Positions 38,695-48,795 of a stretch of DNA of 64,000 nucleotides are shown one piece after another. Each line of letters starts with the position of its first letter. The stretch's first letter is position 1. The translations under genes were made by a program, and so were the position numbers. This DNA comes from Bacteriovoracaceae bacterium (GTDB lineage Bacteria; Bdellovibrionota; Bacteriovoracia; Bacteriovoracales; Bacteriovoracaceae), in NCBI GenBank assembly GCA_048270185.1, contig JBLWTJ010000002.1, positions 96,001 through 160,000 of the forward strand, written 5' to 3'. The notes under the pieces are model-generated. The model did no database searches. It saw nothing but the letters and a program-made list of their open reading frames with translations, and was not told where the DNA came from.

Positions 38695-39579
38695 TTACTT
38701 GGCCGTTAATTTCTTAAATATATCTTCTAATCCAACCTTGATATTTTGTTGAGAAAGAATTGATATTTGATTTTGTGCAAAGAATTTCGAAAGTTCTGAG
38801 CGAAGATCACCTTGGGCATCAATCTTTGTGAATTGATAAGACTCTCCATGCTTTTCAAATTCAAAACCTAGCTCTTTTAATGAATTCAGTTGTTCTTGAG
38901 TAATTGATTCAAACTCAACTTCAACTCGCTGAGAAATCTCAAGCTTCTTTTCAATTTCAGCAATTGTTCCGTGAGCAACAATCACACCCTCATTTAAAAC
39001 TGCAATATCATCACAAATAACAGCAAGATCACTTAATTGATGAGAAGAGATAAAAATTGTGTGATTCTTTGCTAGATCGCGAATCACTTCTTTAATTTGC
39101 ATTATGGCGTGAGGATCAAGTCCAACTAAAGGCTCATCGAGTATTAGAAGCTTAGGATTGTGACAGATCGCTGCCGCAATACCAACTTTTTGTTTATAAC
39201 CTTTTGAAAGATTCTCAATGCGTGTCTGTGCAAATTCTTCTAACCCACACTTATTAATAACTTCATCAATCGAATATGTTGAATGACCGACTTGATAAAT
39301 CTCTTGGACGAATTTTAAAAAGTCATAAACTTTCATATGGCGATAAAGCGCTGGTTCTTCAGCAAGATAGCCAATTGTTAGATCATCATGTTTTGAAAGC
39401 TGACCTGAAGTTAATTCCTGTTCCTCAAGAATAATCTTCATCAGTGTCGACTTCCCTGCACCGTTAGGCCCTAAGAAACCAAGAACGCCATGATCTCCAA
39501 TCGTAAGGTTTACGCCTTTTAAAACATCCTTACCTGGAAACGTTTTTCTAATGTCTGATAAAACTACAAGGTTATTAAT
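38695..39579 (-). CDS. GldA-like ABC ATP-binding protein; apparent ATT start codon
   Basis: Walker A GPNGAGKST lies upstream of the track ATG (39441); LSKGYKQ and LDEP downstream; AAGGA SD 6 nt before ATT 39579. Confidence 0.8.
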   Translation of the reverse strand: MNNLVVLSDIRKTFPGKDVLKGVNLTIGDHGVLGFLGPNGAGKSTLMKIILEEQELTSGQLSKHDDLTIGYLAEEPALYRHMKVYDFLKFVQEIYQVGHSTYSIDEVINKCGLEEFAQTRIENLSKGYKQKVGIAAAICHNPKLLILDEPLVGLDPHAIMQIKEVIRDLAKNHTIFISSHQLSDLAVICDDIAVLNEGVIVAHGTIAEIEKKLEISQRVEVEFESITQEQLNSLKELGFEFEKHGESYQFTKIDAQGDLRSELSKFFAQNQISILSQQNIKVGLEDIFKKLTAK

Positions 39580-39687
39580 ATTAAATCCTTCTTTATAAAA
39601 GCTTCTTTAAAATCCTAACAAAAAATGAAACAATAAGGGAAGTCTTTAAATTTAATCAAATAAGTAATTCTTCCGATTAGGGATCGT

Positions 39688-40677
39688 ATGACCAAGAATG
39701 TAGAACGTTTTAAAAAATTAGTAGCTAATGCAAAAAATATTGTTATCACAACACATATTTTTCCAGATGCCGATGGTATCGGAAGTGAAATAGCACTGTG
39801 CATGGCCCTAAGAAAATTAGGAAAGAACGCAATCTGCATTAACGAAGAAAAACTCTTTGATCGTTACCGTTATTTAGACCCAGATGGTGTCATTACAAAT
39901 TACAATGATTCAAAAGATCACTTCGACAAAATTGATCTCTTTATTGTCACTGATACAAATGCTCTTCCAAGAATTGGTAAGAACGTCCAAGAGTTAGTTC
40001 AACAATCGAGTGAGCTCCTCTTTATCGATCACCATCCTTGTCCAAAAGAGCTTGCGGCCATTCACTGTGTTGACTCAACAAAGGCTGCAACGGGTGAATT
40101 AGTTGGTGAACTAATTGAAGCCCTTGGTGTTGAATTCGACCAAAAGATGGCCCTGGCCCTCTATACTTCAATCATTATTGATACAAGCTCTTTCCGTTAC
40201 CCTACGGTAACAGGCAATACTCACCGTATTGTCGCCAAGCTAATGGACACAGGAGTTTCTCCTCCTCAAGCCTTCAATCAAATCAATGGTGTCAAACAAG
40301 TTGAATATATGAAACTTCTCGGTCAAGTCTTGGCCTCTTGTCAGATGAGTGGCAGTGGTAAAGTTGCTTGGATCTCCATGACTGAAGATGAAATCACAGG
40401 CTTTAATTGTGAAACAGAAGATACTCATGGCTTCATCAATCACCTACTGGTTCTCGATGGAATTGAAGTAGCTTGTATGTTTAGACAGTCTGAAAATAAT
40501 AAAGTCAAAGTTTCATTTAGAAGTGTAAATCAAACTATTGATGTAGGTGTTATTGCTCAGGCCCTTGGTGGCGGTGGCCACAATCACTCGGCCGCAACAA
40601 TTATTGATGGAAATCTAGATAAAGTTATTCCGGAGACGATTGATAAAATTGAATTGATGATTGTAGAAGAAAATTAA
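39688..40677 (+). CDS. nrnA: DHH/DHHA1 oligoribonuclease-PAP phosphatase
   Basis: H..PDADG.GS, IDHH, DT..F, KVSFRS, GGGGH..AA-like motif. Confidence 0.9.
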   Translation: MTKNVERFKKLVANAKNIVITTHIFPDADGIGSEIALCMALRKLGKNAICINEEKLFDRYRYLDPDGVITNYNDSKDHFDKIDLFIVTDTNALPRIGKNVQELVQQSSELLFIDHHPCPKELAAIHCVDSTKAATGELVGELIEALGVEFDQKMALALYTSIIIDTSSFRYPTVTGNTHRIVAKLMDTGVSPPQAFNQINGVKQVEYMKLLGQVLASCQMSGSGKVAWISMTEDEITGFNCETEDTHGFINHLLVLDGIEVACMFRQSENNKVKVSFRSVNQTIDVGVIAQALGGGGHNHSAATIIDGNLDKVIPETIDKIELMIVEEN

Positions 40678-41114
40678 TTATTTAAAATTTTTCCTAAGAC
40701 TTCTCTTTCTTTTTCAGAAAAATTAAAACCACCTGCAGTGAGAACACCTTTGAGTTTTTCTTTTGTATTTGGATCTTCTGGATCATTCTTTTTGATATCA
40801 CCAAAGGCTTCACCCTCTGGCGTGATCTCCACTTCACTCTTTGTTTCGACTTTCTTTACTTCAGCTTTAGCTACTTCAGTTTTGGCCACAGCTTTTGATT
40901 GCTTCGACTGAAGAGTCACTTTATAAGCTTCTTCTTTCTCTCGCTTATTAGCTTCCACCATATTGCGAATCTCACTTCGGCTTAACTCACTTGGACGCTC
41001 TTTCTTTACGATCTTAACTTCATTTGGATCGCTATTATCTCTAGCAATAGGACTCTTTGTCTGTGCTTGTGACTTTTTAGGCGCTGAATAGGACGTGTTA
41101 TTTAATAATCTCAC
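40674..41114 (-). CDS. Hypothetical Lys/Glu-rich protein
   Basis: Open ORF with C-terminal F.FS..ER..L..IL motif; GTG start. Confidence 0.55.
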   Translation of the reverse strand: MRLLNNTSYSAPKKSQAQTKSPIARDNSDPNEVKIVKKERPSELSRSEIRNMVEANKREKEEAYKVTLQSKQSKAVAKTEVAKAEVKKVETKSEVEITPEGEAFGDIKKNDPEDPNTKEKLKGVLTAGGFNFSEKEREVLGKILNN

Positions 41115-41541
41115 CCCTATATTGTACCTTTGCTAAGTTTTGAATGTTAGGTGGAAAATTCCAACTTCTGCTCCAAATTTTAAACACTTAGAAATAAGGG
41201 GGCCAAAATGTGTGGCGATTTTCACACTTTTTTTTTGCCTCGGCCAAATACGATGACACCCCCAAAAAAAATCATGGAGAGGCTATCTAACCGACTAAAA
41301 TTACAGAGATGATTTTCAAAAAATTTACATTTTTTTTATTTTTAGTAAAAGGCCGCCAAGATCATCTTGTTTAAATTCCTGATTTCTTCATAATGGCTCT
41401 TATCCAAATGAAGAGAGAACGATTTGTGGTCTTTGTCGTACGTAAGTGGAGCTCAATTAGTTGTAAAAGAACACAAGCCTTCAGAAAGAGACTTCTATTA
41501 AGGAAAAGAAATTTAAATAGAAAGTCATTTTTGAGGTAATT

Positions 41542-42195
41542 ATGAAAAATTCACTAGTATTCAAGCAGTCAAAAGTTTTACTAACATCAGCACTAGTTGC
41601 TCTATCACTACTGACAACGTCATGTGGTTCAGGGACAAGTGGGAAGAACTTAAGTATTCCAGGTGTTGATGGACCAACAGTTGTTCTTTTAGGCGATGAT
41701 ATCCTTGTCGATATCGTTCTTGAAAATGTCCAAGTTGAGGGTGGTGCACGTTTCAACATCCCTAACTACACAAACTCATATGTGGAAATTTCTCCAGATT
41801 TAGAGTCAGAAGGTACACTACTTGCCTTCTCTGTATCACTTGATGATATCTTTGGTGACAAAGTTGATCGTCTTGATCCACTAACACTTCCAGGTGGCCG
41901 TGCCATTCCAGGTGTTTCAGGTGGTTCACTACCAGCAGTTGCTTTCTCGGTACCAAGTATCAAGAATATCGCCTTCTACGTAGGTCCAAAAGTATTTGGT
42001 ATTTGGGTACCAGTTAAGAACCTAAATATGGCAGGTACAATGCTTACAACACGTTTCTACACGGATAGTAAGAGAGTTGGTAACCTTTCACTTGTTGGTG
42101 AAGATGCAAATGGAGAAAACGGTGGTTTCTTCCTAGCTCTATCAGTTTCAAGCTCACAAGCTAGAACTCTTGAGAGAATTGCTGATCGTTACTAA
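41542..42195 (+). CDS. Lipoprotein of unknown function (paralogue A)
   Basis: Lipobox TTSC; GAGG SD; strong similarity to next gene. Confidence 0.8.
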   Translation: MKNSLVFKQSKVLLTSALVALSLLTTSCGSGTSGKNLSIPGVDGPTVVLLGDDILVDIVLENVQVEGGARFNIPNYTNSYVEISPDLESEGTLLAFSVSLDDIFGDKVDRLDPLTLPGGRAIPGVSGGSLPAVAFSVPSIKNIAFYVGPKVFGIWVPVKNLNMAGTMLTTRFYTDSKRVGNLSLVGEDANGENGGFFLALSVSSSQARTLERIADRY

Positions 42196-42250
42196 TCTAG
42201 CAAATCACTTCAGAATAAAACCGACCAAAATAATTCAAATCGGAAAAAAT

Positions 42251-42279
42251 GCCCCTAGGAATCTAGGGGTTATTTTTTT
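42251..42279 (+). terminator. Intrinsic terminator
   Basis: cccctag-gaat-ctagggg followed by T run. Confidence 0.7.
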
Positions 42280-42364
42280 CTAACAAAAAAGTTAAGAACC
42301 GCTTCACTATTGACGATAGATTGGAAAACGAGAGAATTTTTTTTCCAACGAGTGAGGTAAGGAT

Positions 42365-42997
42365 ATGGAAATCACATTAAGAAAAAGACTACTGACAGTC
42401 ATCGCTCTTCTGAGCTTCTCATTCTTCTCAGTATCATGTGGAGAAGGTAACGTAACAATTCCAGGTGTTGACGGACCAAACGTTAACCTACTTGAAGATA
42501 ACGTTATCGTATCAATGGTACTTGAAGATGTAACAATTGTTGCTGGTGCGACTTACAAAGTACCAAAGTACAAGAAGTCATTTATCGGACTTAACCCTAA
42601 CCTAGAAGGTCCAGGTGCAGTTCTAACTTTCACAGTTTCACTAGATGATATCTTTTCATCTGACGTAAACAGACTAGATCCAAAGACTCTTCCTGGTGGA
42701 CGTATGATTCCAGGTGTAGCTGCCGGAGCACTTCCAGCTGTTGCATTTACAATCGACAAGATCAAGAACATGGCATTCTATGTTGGTCCAAAAGTATTTG
42801 GTATTTGGGTACCACTACACAAGTTTGAACTTTACGGATTTGCATGGACTAAATCTTTCAAAGCAGGAGATAAGCACGTAGGTAATATCTCTCTATTTGG
42901 TCAAGATGAAAACGGTGAAAACGCTGGTTTCTTCCTAGCTCTATCTGTTAGATCAGCATATGAGAAAAGACTTAAGAAACTTTCTAGAAAGTACTAG
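42365..42997 (+). CDS. Lipoprotein of unknown function (paralogue B)
   Basis: Lipobox SVSC; shares IPGVDGP, RLDP.TLPGGR.IPGV, FYVGPKVFGIWVP with paralogue A. Confidence 0.8.
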   Translation: MEITLRKRLLTVIALLSFSFFSVSCGEGNVTIPGVDGPNVNLLEDNVIVSMVLEDVTIVAGATYKVPKYKKSFIGLNPNLEGPGAVLTFTVSLDDIFSSDVNRLDPKTLPGGRMIPGVAAGALPAVAFTIDKIKNMAFYVGPKVFGIWVPLHKFELYGFAWTKSFKAGDKHVGNISLFGQDENGENAGFFLALSVRSAYEKRLKKLSRKY

Positions 42998-43023
42998 TAC
43001 TTAAAAAGAAATAAAAGTTTTAT

Positions 43024-43047
43024 AAGCCGGGTTCACGCCCGGCTTTT
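43024..43047 (+). terminator. Intrinsic terminator
   Basis: aagccggg-ttcacg-cccggctttt. Confidence 0.75.
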
Positions 43048-43053
43048 CATTTT

Positions 43054-43264
43054 GGTGCACGCAACCTTTTCGAGATTCAAACCATTTACTACTCTACACT
43101 TAAAAAATTTGCCGTAATCTTAAACACTTATTAGCTAAGACTAAAATTTAAATACAAAAATGAATAAGATAACTCATAATGAACTTAGTTTTCTAATTAA
43201 CACCTGATATTTAAAGAAAAGCCTTCATGTAGCCCACTGAAATCACGAAAAGGTTGCGTGCACC
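43054..43264. repeat. 211-bp non-coding element with 24-bp terminal inverted repeats (MITE-like)
   Basis: ggtgcacgcaaccttttcgagatt vs aatcacgaaaaggttgcgtgcacc, 23/24 complementary. Confidence 0.7.
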
Positions 43265-44742
43265 TAAAGCCCAGTAACCCAAATTTGCCACTTAAACTTC
43301 GTCTCTTCGTTATTATTTAAGATAATCTTGACCGGCGTACTCTTGCCTTCTAGATCGTTAATAACATAGAACTCATTACCTAAAATCCCCGTCATATTGT
43401 AGAGACCTTGGTGGAGGTTGTAATCGATAAGATATTTTATAAAAGTCAAACTCATTGGAGCTTCAGAGCTTCCCACATCATCAACCCTCTTCATTTTCGC
43501 TAGCTGCTTTCTTGTTTGATAGCTACGAAGATTACCATTGAAGCGCTCAAGTGTTTTCTTTGAAAATTTATAGTCGGTCTTAAATCCGGCCATATCAAGA
43601 TCTGTTTGCTTCTTTGTTTTAAAGAAGTCATAGACTGCTTTTTCAAATGTTGAAACCTTAACCTCTGTCTTAACAGGTTGAGGTTTAACTGGTTCAGGCT
43701 TTGGCTTTCTGATAATTTTAATTGATTTGATATCAACTGTTTTAACTGGTTCAACTTTTTTAGGCTCCGCTTTTTTCTCAACAGGAGCTTCTGCAACCTT
43801 CTCTTCCACAAGAGTAATTCCCTTGTCATCAAATTCACGAAGAGAGCCAAACCAGAAAACCTTAAGTTCTTCCTCACCTTTTAAAGCTGACTTAATGATG
43901 GACTGACTCTTATGATCAATCTTCTCAAGTGACTTAGTCATGTCCGCATAGCGGTCAAAACATGCTTCACCCTTACCTGTTTCATTGATGATCTTGAAAG
44001 CCGATGCGCTTAAGATCTCTTGCTTAATTTCAGCAATTGAAGAGGCGGCCATATAGCTATCTTCTTCACTGCAGAGATTTTGAATTTCATTTCGAGCATA
44101 ATTACAAGCTGATACTAATGATTTCTTTGATGTCCCTAAAAAGTACTTACTTAATAATTTCGCAAGTGCTGGGTGATAATTTTCAAGCCTAAAGTTACGA
44201 TCTGTCTCAAGCTTGATTGGATACTTTCCCCAATCCACAATATCTGGAAAGTGGTCTGAAACACGCTTTATAAAGAGCTTCATATCTTGTGATTTAGGAG
44301 AACACTTTTTAAAAAGAACATCGTAGTCCAGCTTACAACTTGTCTCATCTCCGTATTGGTATAATCCAATACTTGATTGGCGGTAGAACTCGTAAAGACT
44401 AGCAATACTTGTTAAACGAATTAAGTATTTCATATAGTCTAAGTTGTCACTAAGCTCGTGCTTTGAACAAGTAAAGTTTGGGTAGATGAAATTTGTAAAA
44501 TCTTGTGAAAGCGTTGTTATTTGTGGAGCAAGCATTTCATCAAAGTACTCACGGCCAGCAACCTCATCGAGGAACTCTTGCGATTGAACCTGGTAATTAA
44601 TCTTTAAACGAGGGTCAAGAGGGCCATCGTAGACGCCAAAATCCCACTCCCCTTTATCAACTGCACTCTCTATTTTTGCAAAAGAGCTTGCGCAAATAAG
44701 TGCGATAGAAATAACTTGTAAGTATTTAAAAATATTCATCAT
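43264..44742 (-). CDS. Secreted hypothetical protein
   Basis: Signal peptide from MMNIFK; Cys pairs; Lys/Pro/Glu linker. Confidence 0.65.
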   Translation of the reverse strand: MMNIFKYLQVISIALICASSFAKIESAVDKGEWDFGVYDGPLDPRLKINYQVQSQEFLDEVAGREYFDEMLAPQITTLSQDFTNFIYPNFTCSKHELSDNLDYMKYLIRLTSIASLYEFYRQSSIGLYQYGDETSCKLDYDVLFKKCSPKSQDMKLFIKRVSDHFPDIVDWGKYPIKLETDRNFRLENYHPALAKLLSKYFLGTSKKSLVSACNYARNEIQNLCSEEDSYMAASSIAEIKQEILSASAFKIINETGKGEACFDRYADMTKSLEKIDHKSQSIIKSALKGEEELKVFWFGSLREFDDKGITLVEEKVAEAPVEKKAEPKKVEPVKTVDIKSIKIIRKPKPEPVKPQPVKTEVKVSTFEKAVYDFFKTKKQTDLDMAGFKTDYKFSKKTLERFNGNLRSYQTRKQLAKMKRVDDVGSSEAPMSLTFIKYLIDYNLHQGLYNMTGILGNEFYVINDLEGKSTPVKIILNNNEETKFKWQIWVTGL

Positions 44743-44744
44743 CT

Positions 44745-46007
44745 CTATTTTACCCAGAGAAGACTCAAGGCAGGAACATAGGTAATAATGGCCAAACAAA
44801 TTAGTAGAATAAGTAGAAATGGCAAGGCCGAACGATAAAGTTCAGTTACAGGTCTCTTAAATCTTATGGAACTAATGAATAAGTTGATTCCCACAGGAGG
44901 CGTAATATAGCCAATTTCAAGGTTTGTAAGAAAAACAATGGCCAAGTGAATTGGATGGATATCAAATTGTTGGGCCATTGGAAGAATAAGAGGAACCACG
45001 ACGATTATCGCACTAAAAATGTCCATTAAGCTTCCTACAATTAACAAGAAAATATTGAGAAAGAGTAGAAAGGCATATTTATTTGTTAGGACATGACTAA
45101 ACGCTTGAAAGAGTTGATTTGGAATTTCTTCATCAACGAGAAAATTTGTTAACCCAAGGGCGCAACAAAGAATAATGAGAATGGCACCTACCATCGTCAT
45201 GGAGTCACGAATAATTGCAGGCACATCTTTGAACAAATTCAGATCTTTATAAACAAAGCATTCAATGATTAAAATATAAAAGGCCGTAAATGCAGCCGCT
45301 TCAGTAACGGTAACAATCCCGCCATAAATTCCAACAAGGACAGCAGCAGGAAGGAATAATTCAAATACTGCTCCCTTAAAACTTTCCCAAACCTCTGTAG
45401 GGTCAAACTTCCCTCTTTCTTGACCTTTTCCTGCTCGAACTATCGAGTAAATAGCAAGTCCAATAATAAGTAAAACCCCAGGAACGATACCGGCCTTAAA
45501 AAGCTGATCGATATCCACACCTGCAACAATACCATAGAGAATTATTGGTAAGCTTGGAGGAAAGAGAAGTCCAAGTGAACCTGAAGTTGTAATGAAGCCC
45601 ATTGTAAACTTATCACTGTGTCCACGATTCATTAAGATTGGATAAATGATTCCACCAAGAGCGACAATCGTTACCCCACTGGCACCAGTGAAGGCCGTAA
45701 AGAAGGCACAAAGGCACAGGCCTACGATGGCCACTCCACCAGGCATCCACGAAAGGAGTGCATTGGTAAAACGAAAAAGTCTTTGTGGTGCTTTTGATTC
45801 TGCAAGTAAATATCCTGCAAATGTAAAAAGAGGAATTGTTAATAATGTTGGAGCTGAAGCAAGCCTATAGATTTCAACAGAAACTGCAGAAGGCTCAATA
45901 CCATTTTGAAAAAATGCAGCAAGTGCAATCGTTCCTAGAACAACAAAGAGTGGCACACCAATTAGTGCCATTGCAAATGCAATAAGACTAATCGTTAACA
46001 GGCCCAT
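44745..46007 (-). CDS. dctM: TRAP transporter large permease
   Basis: IPLF..AG, G.LG.L.PPS, T.TEA, G..TPPVG.NLF. Confidence 0.93.
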   Translation of the reverse strand: MGLLTISLIAFAMALIGVPLFVVLGTIALAAFFQNGIEPSAVSVEIYRLASAPTLLTIPLFTFAGYLLAESKAPQRLFRFTNALLSWMPGGVAIVGLCLCAFFTAFTGASGVTIVALGGIIYPILMNRGHSDKFTMGFITTSGSLGLLFPPSLPIILYGIVAGVDIDQLFKAGIVPGVLLIIGLAIYSIVRAGKGQERGKFDPTEVWESFKGAVFELFLPAAVLVGIYGGIVTVTEAAAFTAFYILIIECFVYKDLNLFKDVPAIIRDSMTMVGAILIILCCALGLTNFLVDEEIPNQLFQAFSHVLTNKYAFLLFLNIFLLIVGSLMDIFSAIIVVVPLILPMAQQFDIHPIHLAIVFLTNLEIGYITPPVGINLFISSIRFKRPVTELYRSALPFLLILLICLAIITYVPALSLLWVK

Positions 46008-46482
46008 AATCTTCCTTAAAGTCTAAGAATGCTAGTATCGTCCTAAAGAATATCAGTGCAAAGCCAACTGGAATAATGGCCACCATCGTTGAGGAGTGAA
46101 GGCCAAGAGAGAGCATTTGCCCGTATTCTTTTTCGACATGATAGAATTGATAACCTGAAGCGAATAACCAGATAGTACCGATGATTGTGGCAAGGTTAAT
46201 AAATTTATTTAAAATAAAGAGTGCACGATGTTTTCCTTGGTTCTCTAAGAACTTTGGAAGAATTTCAATTGCGATATGACGAGACTTCCCACTTGCAAGA
46301 GTTGCTCCTAAGAAGGCAGTCACAAAAACTAAGTGACGAACGAGAGGATCAATCCAACCAAGAGATTGATCAAACCAACGAAGAACAATAGCAAAAATAC
46401 TTAATGAAAGCATTAGTGCAACAACGACAACTAAAAGATAGCCGACGATTTGATCTGTCAGTTTTTGTATATCTCTTATCAC
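45988..46482 (-). CDS. dctQ: TRAP transporter small permease
   Basis: Four TMs, FLGA..A.....HI.I motif. Confidence 0.85.
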   Translation of the reverse strand: MIRDIQKLTDQIVGYLLVVVVALMLSLSIFAIVLRWFDQSLGWIDPLVRHLVFVTAFLGATLASGKSRHIAIEILPKFLENQGKHRALFILNKFINLATIIGTIWLFASGYQFYHVEKEYGQMLSLGLHSSTMVAIIPVGFALIFFRTILAFLDFKEDYGPVND

Positions 46483-46484
46483 TT

Positions 46485-47459
46485 CTATTTACTTTTTAAG
46501 CTCTTTTCAAGCCTTTCATAAGCTTCATTTGAAAAGAGTTTTCCCTTTAATTTCTTTACAACAGCAGCGCGAACTTTAACTGCATTATCGATATCAGCTT
46601 GGCTGAATTTCACAAACTCAACACCTGATTGCTTCATCAGATCAAGAGCATCTTTGTTGTCTTTATCATTTGTCGACTTAACAATATCAATATACTTCTT
46701 ACTAATCTCTAAAACTTTCTTTTGATTTGCTGGTGAAATCTTTTTAAAGATTTTATCAGTAACGAGGAAGGCCCCCATCGAAGTTGTTAGTGGAAAGTCG
46801 ATTAGATATTTTACTTTTGTATTCCACTGCATAGAAAGAATTGCCAAAGGTGGTGCATAGGCTGCTTCAATAATGCCCGTTGATAGAGAAGATAATACAT
46901 CAGGAAGAGGTAGTTGAACTGAAACAAGCTTCATTTCATCCATAATAGCTTCAACTAGTGGATCTCCTTCCCAAGACCAAATCTTTACGCCTTTAAGATT
47001 ATCAAGTGATGCAATTTTATTTTTAGAAACAAAGTAAACCATTCCGATATCAAAGAATCCAAGGTTTACAAATTTACTCTCATTAATTCTCTTGTTTAAA
47101 AACGGAGTTAAGTCATCCATTGCTTTTAAAACTTTTTGGCGATCGTGGTAGAAAGTAAATGGAATCTCTAAGACACGAACATCTCCATTGATATCACCGA
47201 GTGTTTTTGCTGTAAAAACTCCACCGTGAAGTTGCCCTACTCTAATCTTTCTTAAAACATCTGGCTCATCACCTTGCGATCCACCAAAGTAGAATTTAAC
47301 TTTAACTTCGCCATTAGTTTCTTTCTTAATGGCCTTTGCCATTTTCTTTAAGTTATTTGCCCAATTTGTTCCCTCTGGAGTAAGGACACCAACTTTAAGT
47401 GTTAGTGCAAAAATATTTGATGTAATAAAAAGGGCAATTAGTAATCTAAAAAAGTTCAT
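46485..47459 (-). CDS. dctP: TRAP substrate-binding protein (TatP-type)
   Basis: L.PEGT.W, GG.QGDE..V.RK.R.GQL. Confidence 0.88.
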   Translation of the reverse strand: MNFFRLLIALFITSNIFALTLKVGVLTPEGTNWANNLKKMAKAIKKETNGEVKVKFYFGGSQGDEPDVLRKIRVGQLHGGVFTAKTLGDINGDVRVLEIPFTFYHDRQKVLKAMDDLTPFLNKRINESKFVNLGFFDIGMVYFVSKNKIASLDNLKGVKIWSWEGDPLVEAIMDEMKLVSVQLPLPDVLSSLSTGIIEAAYAPPLAILSMQWNTKVKYLIDFPLTTSMGAFLVTDKIFKKISPANQKKVLEISKKYIDIVKSTNDKDNKDALDLMKQSGVEFVKFSQADIDNAVKVRAAVVKKLKGKLFSNEAYERLEKSLKSK

Positions 47460-47474
47460 CGTTTTCCTATTCTA

Positions 47475-48443
47475 TTAGAAGATTTGGTTTTCTAATTTTT
47501 CAATTATCTCTAAACGCTTACGAGCAATAAGATTAAAGAGGCTATTGTAATTAACATCAGGAGTTTCAATCTTCCCTCCCGACCAATAACTCTTATCCAT
47601 ATGCTCACGTGCGTATTTATCAATTTCTAATTTTTGATTTAAGTAAATACCTTTTTCCATCATAGGCACAGCGTAGAACTGAATATATGAAAGTCTTACC
47701 ATCATATTCTCAGGCCACTTCTTAGTTGCTTCTTCAAATAACAACTTACCTTTAGCTGGATTCCCACCTAGACCACGAGGTCTTGAGGCCGCATAACTAG
47801 CTGCAAAGATATCACAAGCACCACCAGCAAGATCAGGTTTCTTCTCACATGACCAATCATACATAACTTTCGCAAGAGGTAGATAGGCAACTGCTCTCAT
47901 ATTAGAGCGCTGAAGATTAATGATCGAAGCAAGAGCTTGTCCTGTATAGAAAATTCCCTCAATATCTGTTTCATCTTCATCAAAATTCTCATCAAGTAAT
48001 TTCTTAAAACTTTCAGGTGATGAAATATACTTTGTGAAATCGAAAGCATCCATTCCTTTGGTATTAAAATAAAGAGTCGCATAGCTTAGTGCACGAGTGT
48101 AATTAGCAAGTGCTCTTTTACGATAAATAGAATCTGATTTTTCTTGTAATTGATCTTTTAAATAATAAGTCTCATCAATAGCAAAAGCTTTTCCACTATA
48201 GGCCTTGATAAGAGTCACGATGAATTCAGGATTAGTGCGATCTGCTGAATAGAGATTTTCCACTAACTTTATATTGCTATCGATTGTTGATTCAAAGAGA
48301 CTCCAATCTTCTTCCGTAAAAACAGTACTTGAAGATTCAAAGATCATATCCCCCATCTGATTTGTGGCGATTTTCTTAAAACTTGAGCAAGATACTACGG
48401 TTAAAAGTAAAAGCAGGAATGCCAGAAATTCTTTGCGGTTCAC
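47475..48443 (-). CDS. TRAP-associated TatT lipoprotein
   Basis: GTG start with AAGGA SD, lipobox VVSC, RP..LGG.P..G...FE motif; directly upstream of dctP. Confidence 0.75.
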   Translation of the reverse strand: MNRKEFLAFLLLLLTVVSCSSFKKIATNQMGDMIFESSSTVFTEEDWSLFESTIDSNIKLVENLYSADRTNPEFIVTLIKAYSGKAFAIDETYYLKDQLQEKSDSIYRKRALANYTRALSYATLYFNTKGMDAFDFTKYISSPESFKKLLDENFDEDETDIEGIFYTGQALASIINLQRSNMRAVAYLPLAKVMYDWSCEKKPDLAGGACDIFAASYAASRPRGLGGNPAKGKLLFEEATKKWPENMMVRLSYIQFYAVPMMEKGIYLNQKLEIDKYAREHMDKSYWSGGKIETPDVNYNSLFNLIARKRLEIIEKLENQIF

Positions 48444-48795
48444 ATCGTTATCCTTATAAAAACTATAGTAGTAATTTGCCTTATCTTTTGAGTAATTACA
48501 AGAGGTTATTGAGTTATTCATTGACATGGAAGGCCCTGTATTTTAGCCGTGTTGCACCATTTATAACCTCGTGATATGATTAGAGAAATATTTGCGAAAG
48601 GCTAAATTTTTCGATGAAATTTGCCGAGTAGTTATTTTGTAAGTTTAACTTTGTCACGGAGTGACCATTGAGAGTAGTTTTTCTACGAGTAGATGAGCTA
48701 CTTACCTAATCGGATTTAAGTTCTGGATCTCTTGAATCTTATTATCGATTAAGGTAAGTGTTATTAACCTTAATCATTTTAATAAGGAGATGGAG

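Noticed and set aside
41395..41460. SAM-I riboswitch-like start (ctcttatc...gag)
   Set aside because: Remaining SAM-I core elements not found, and the downstream gene is unrelated to sulfur metabolism
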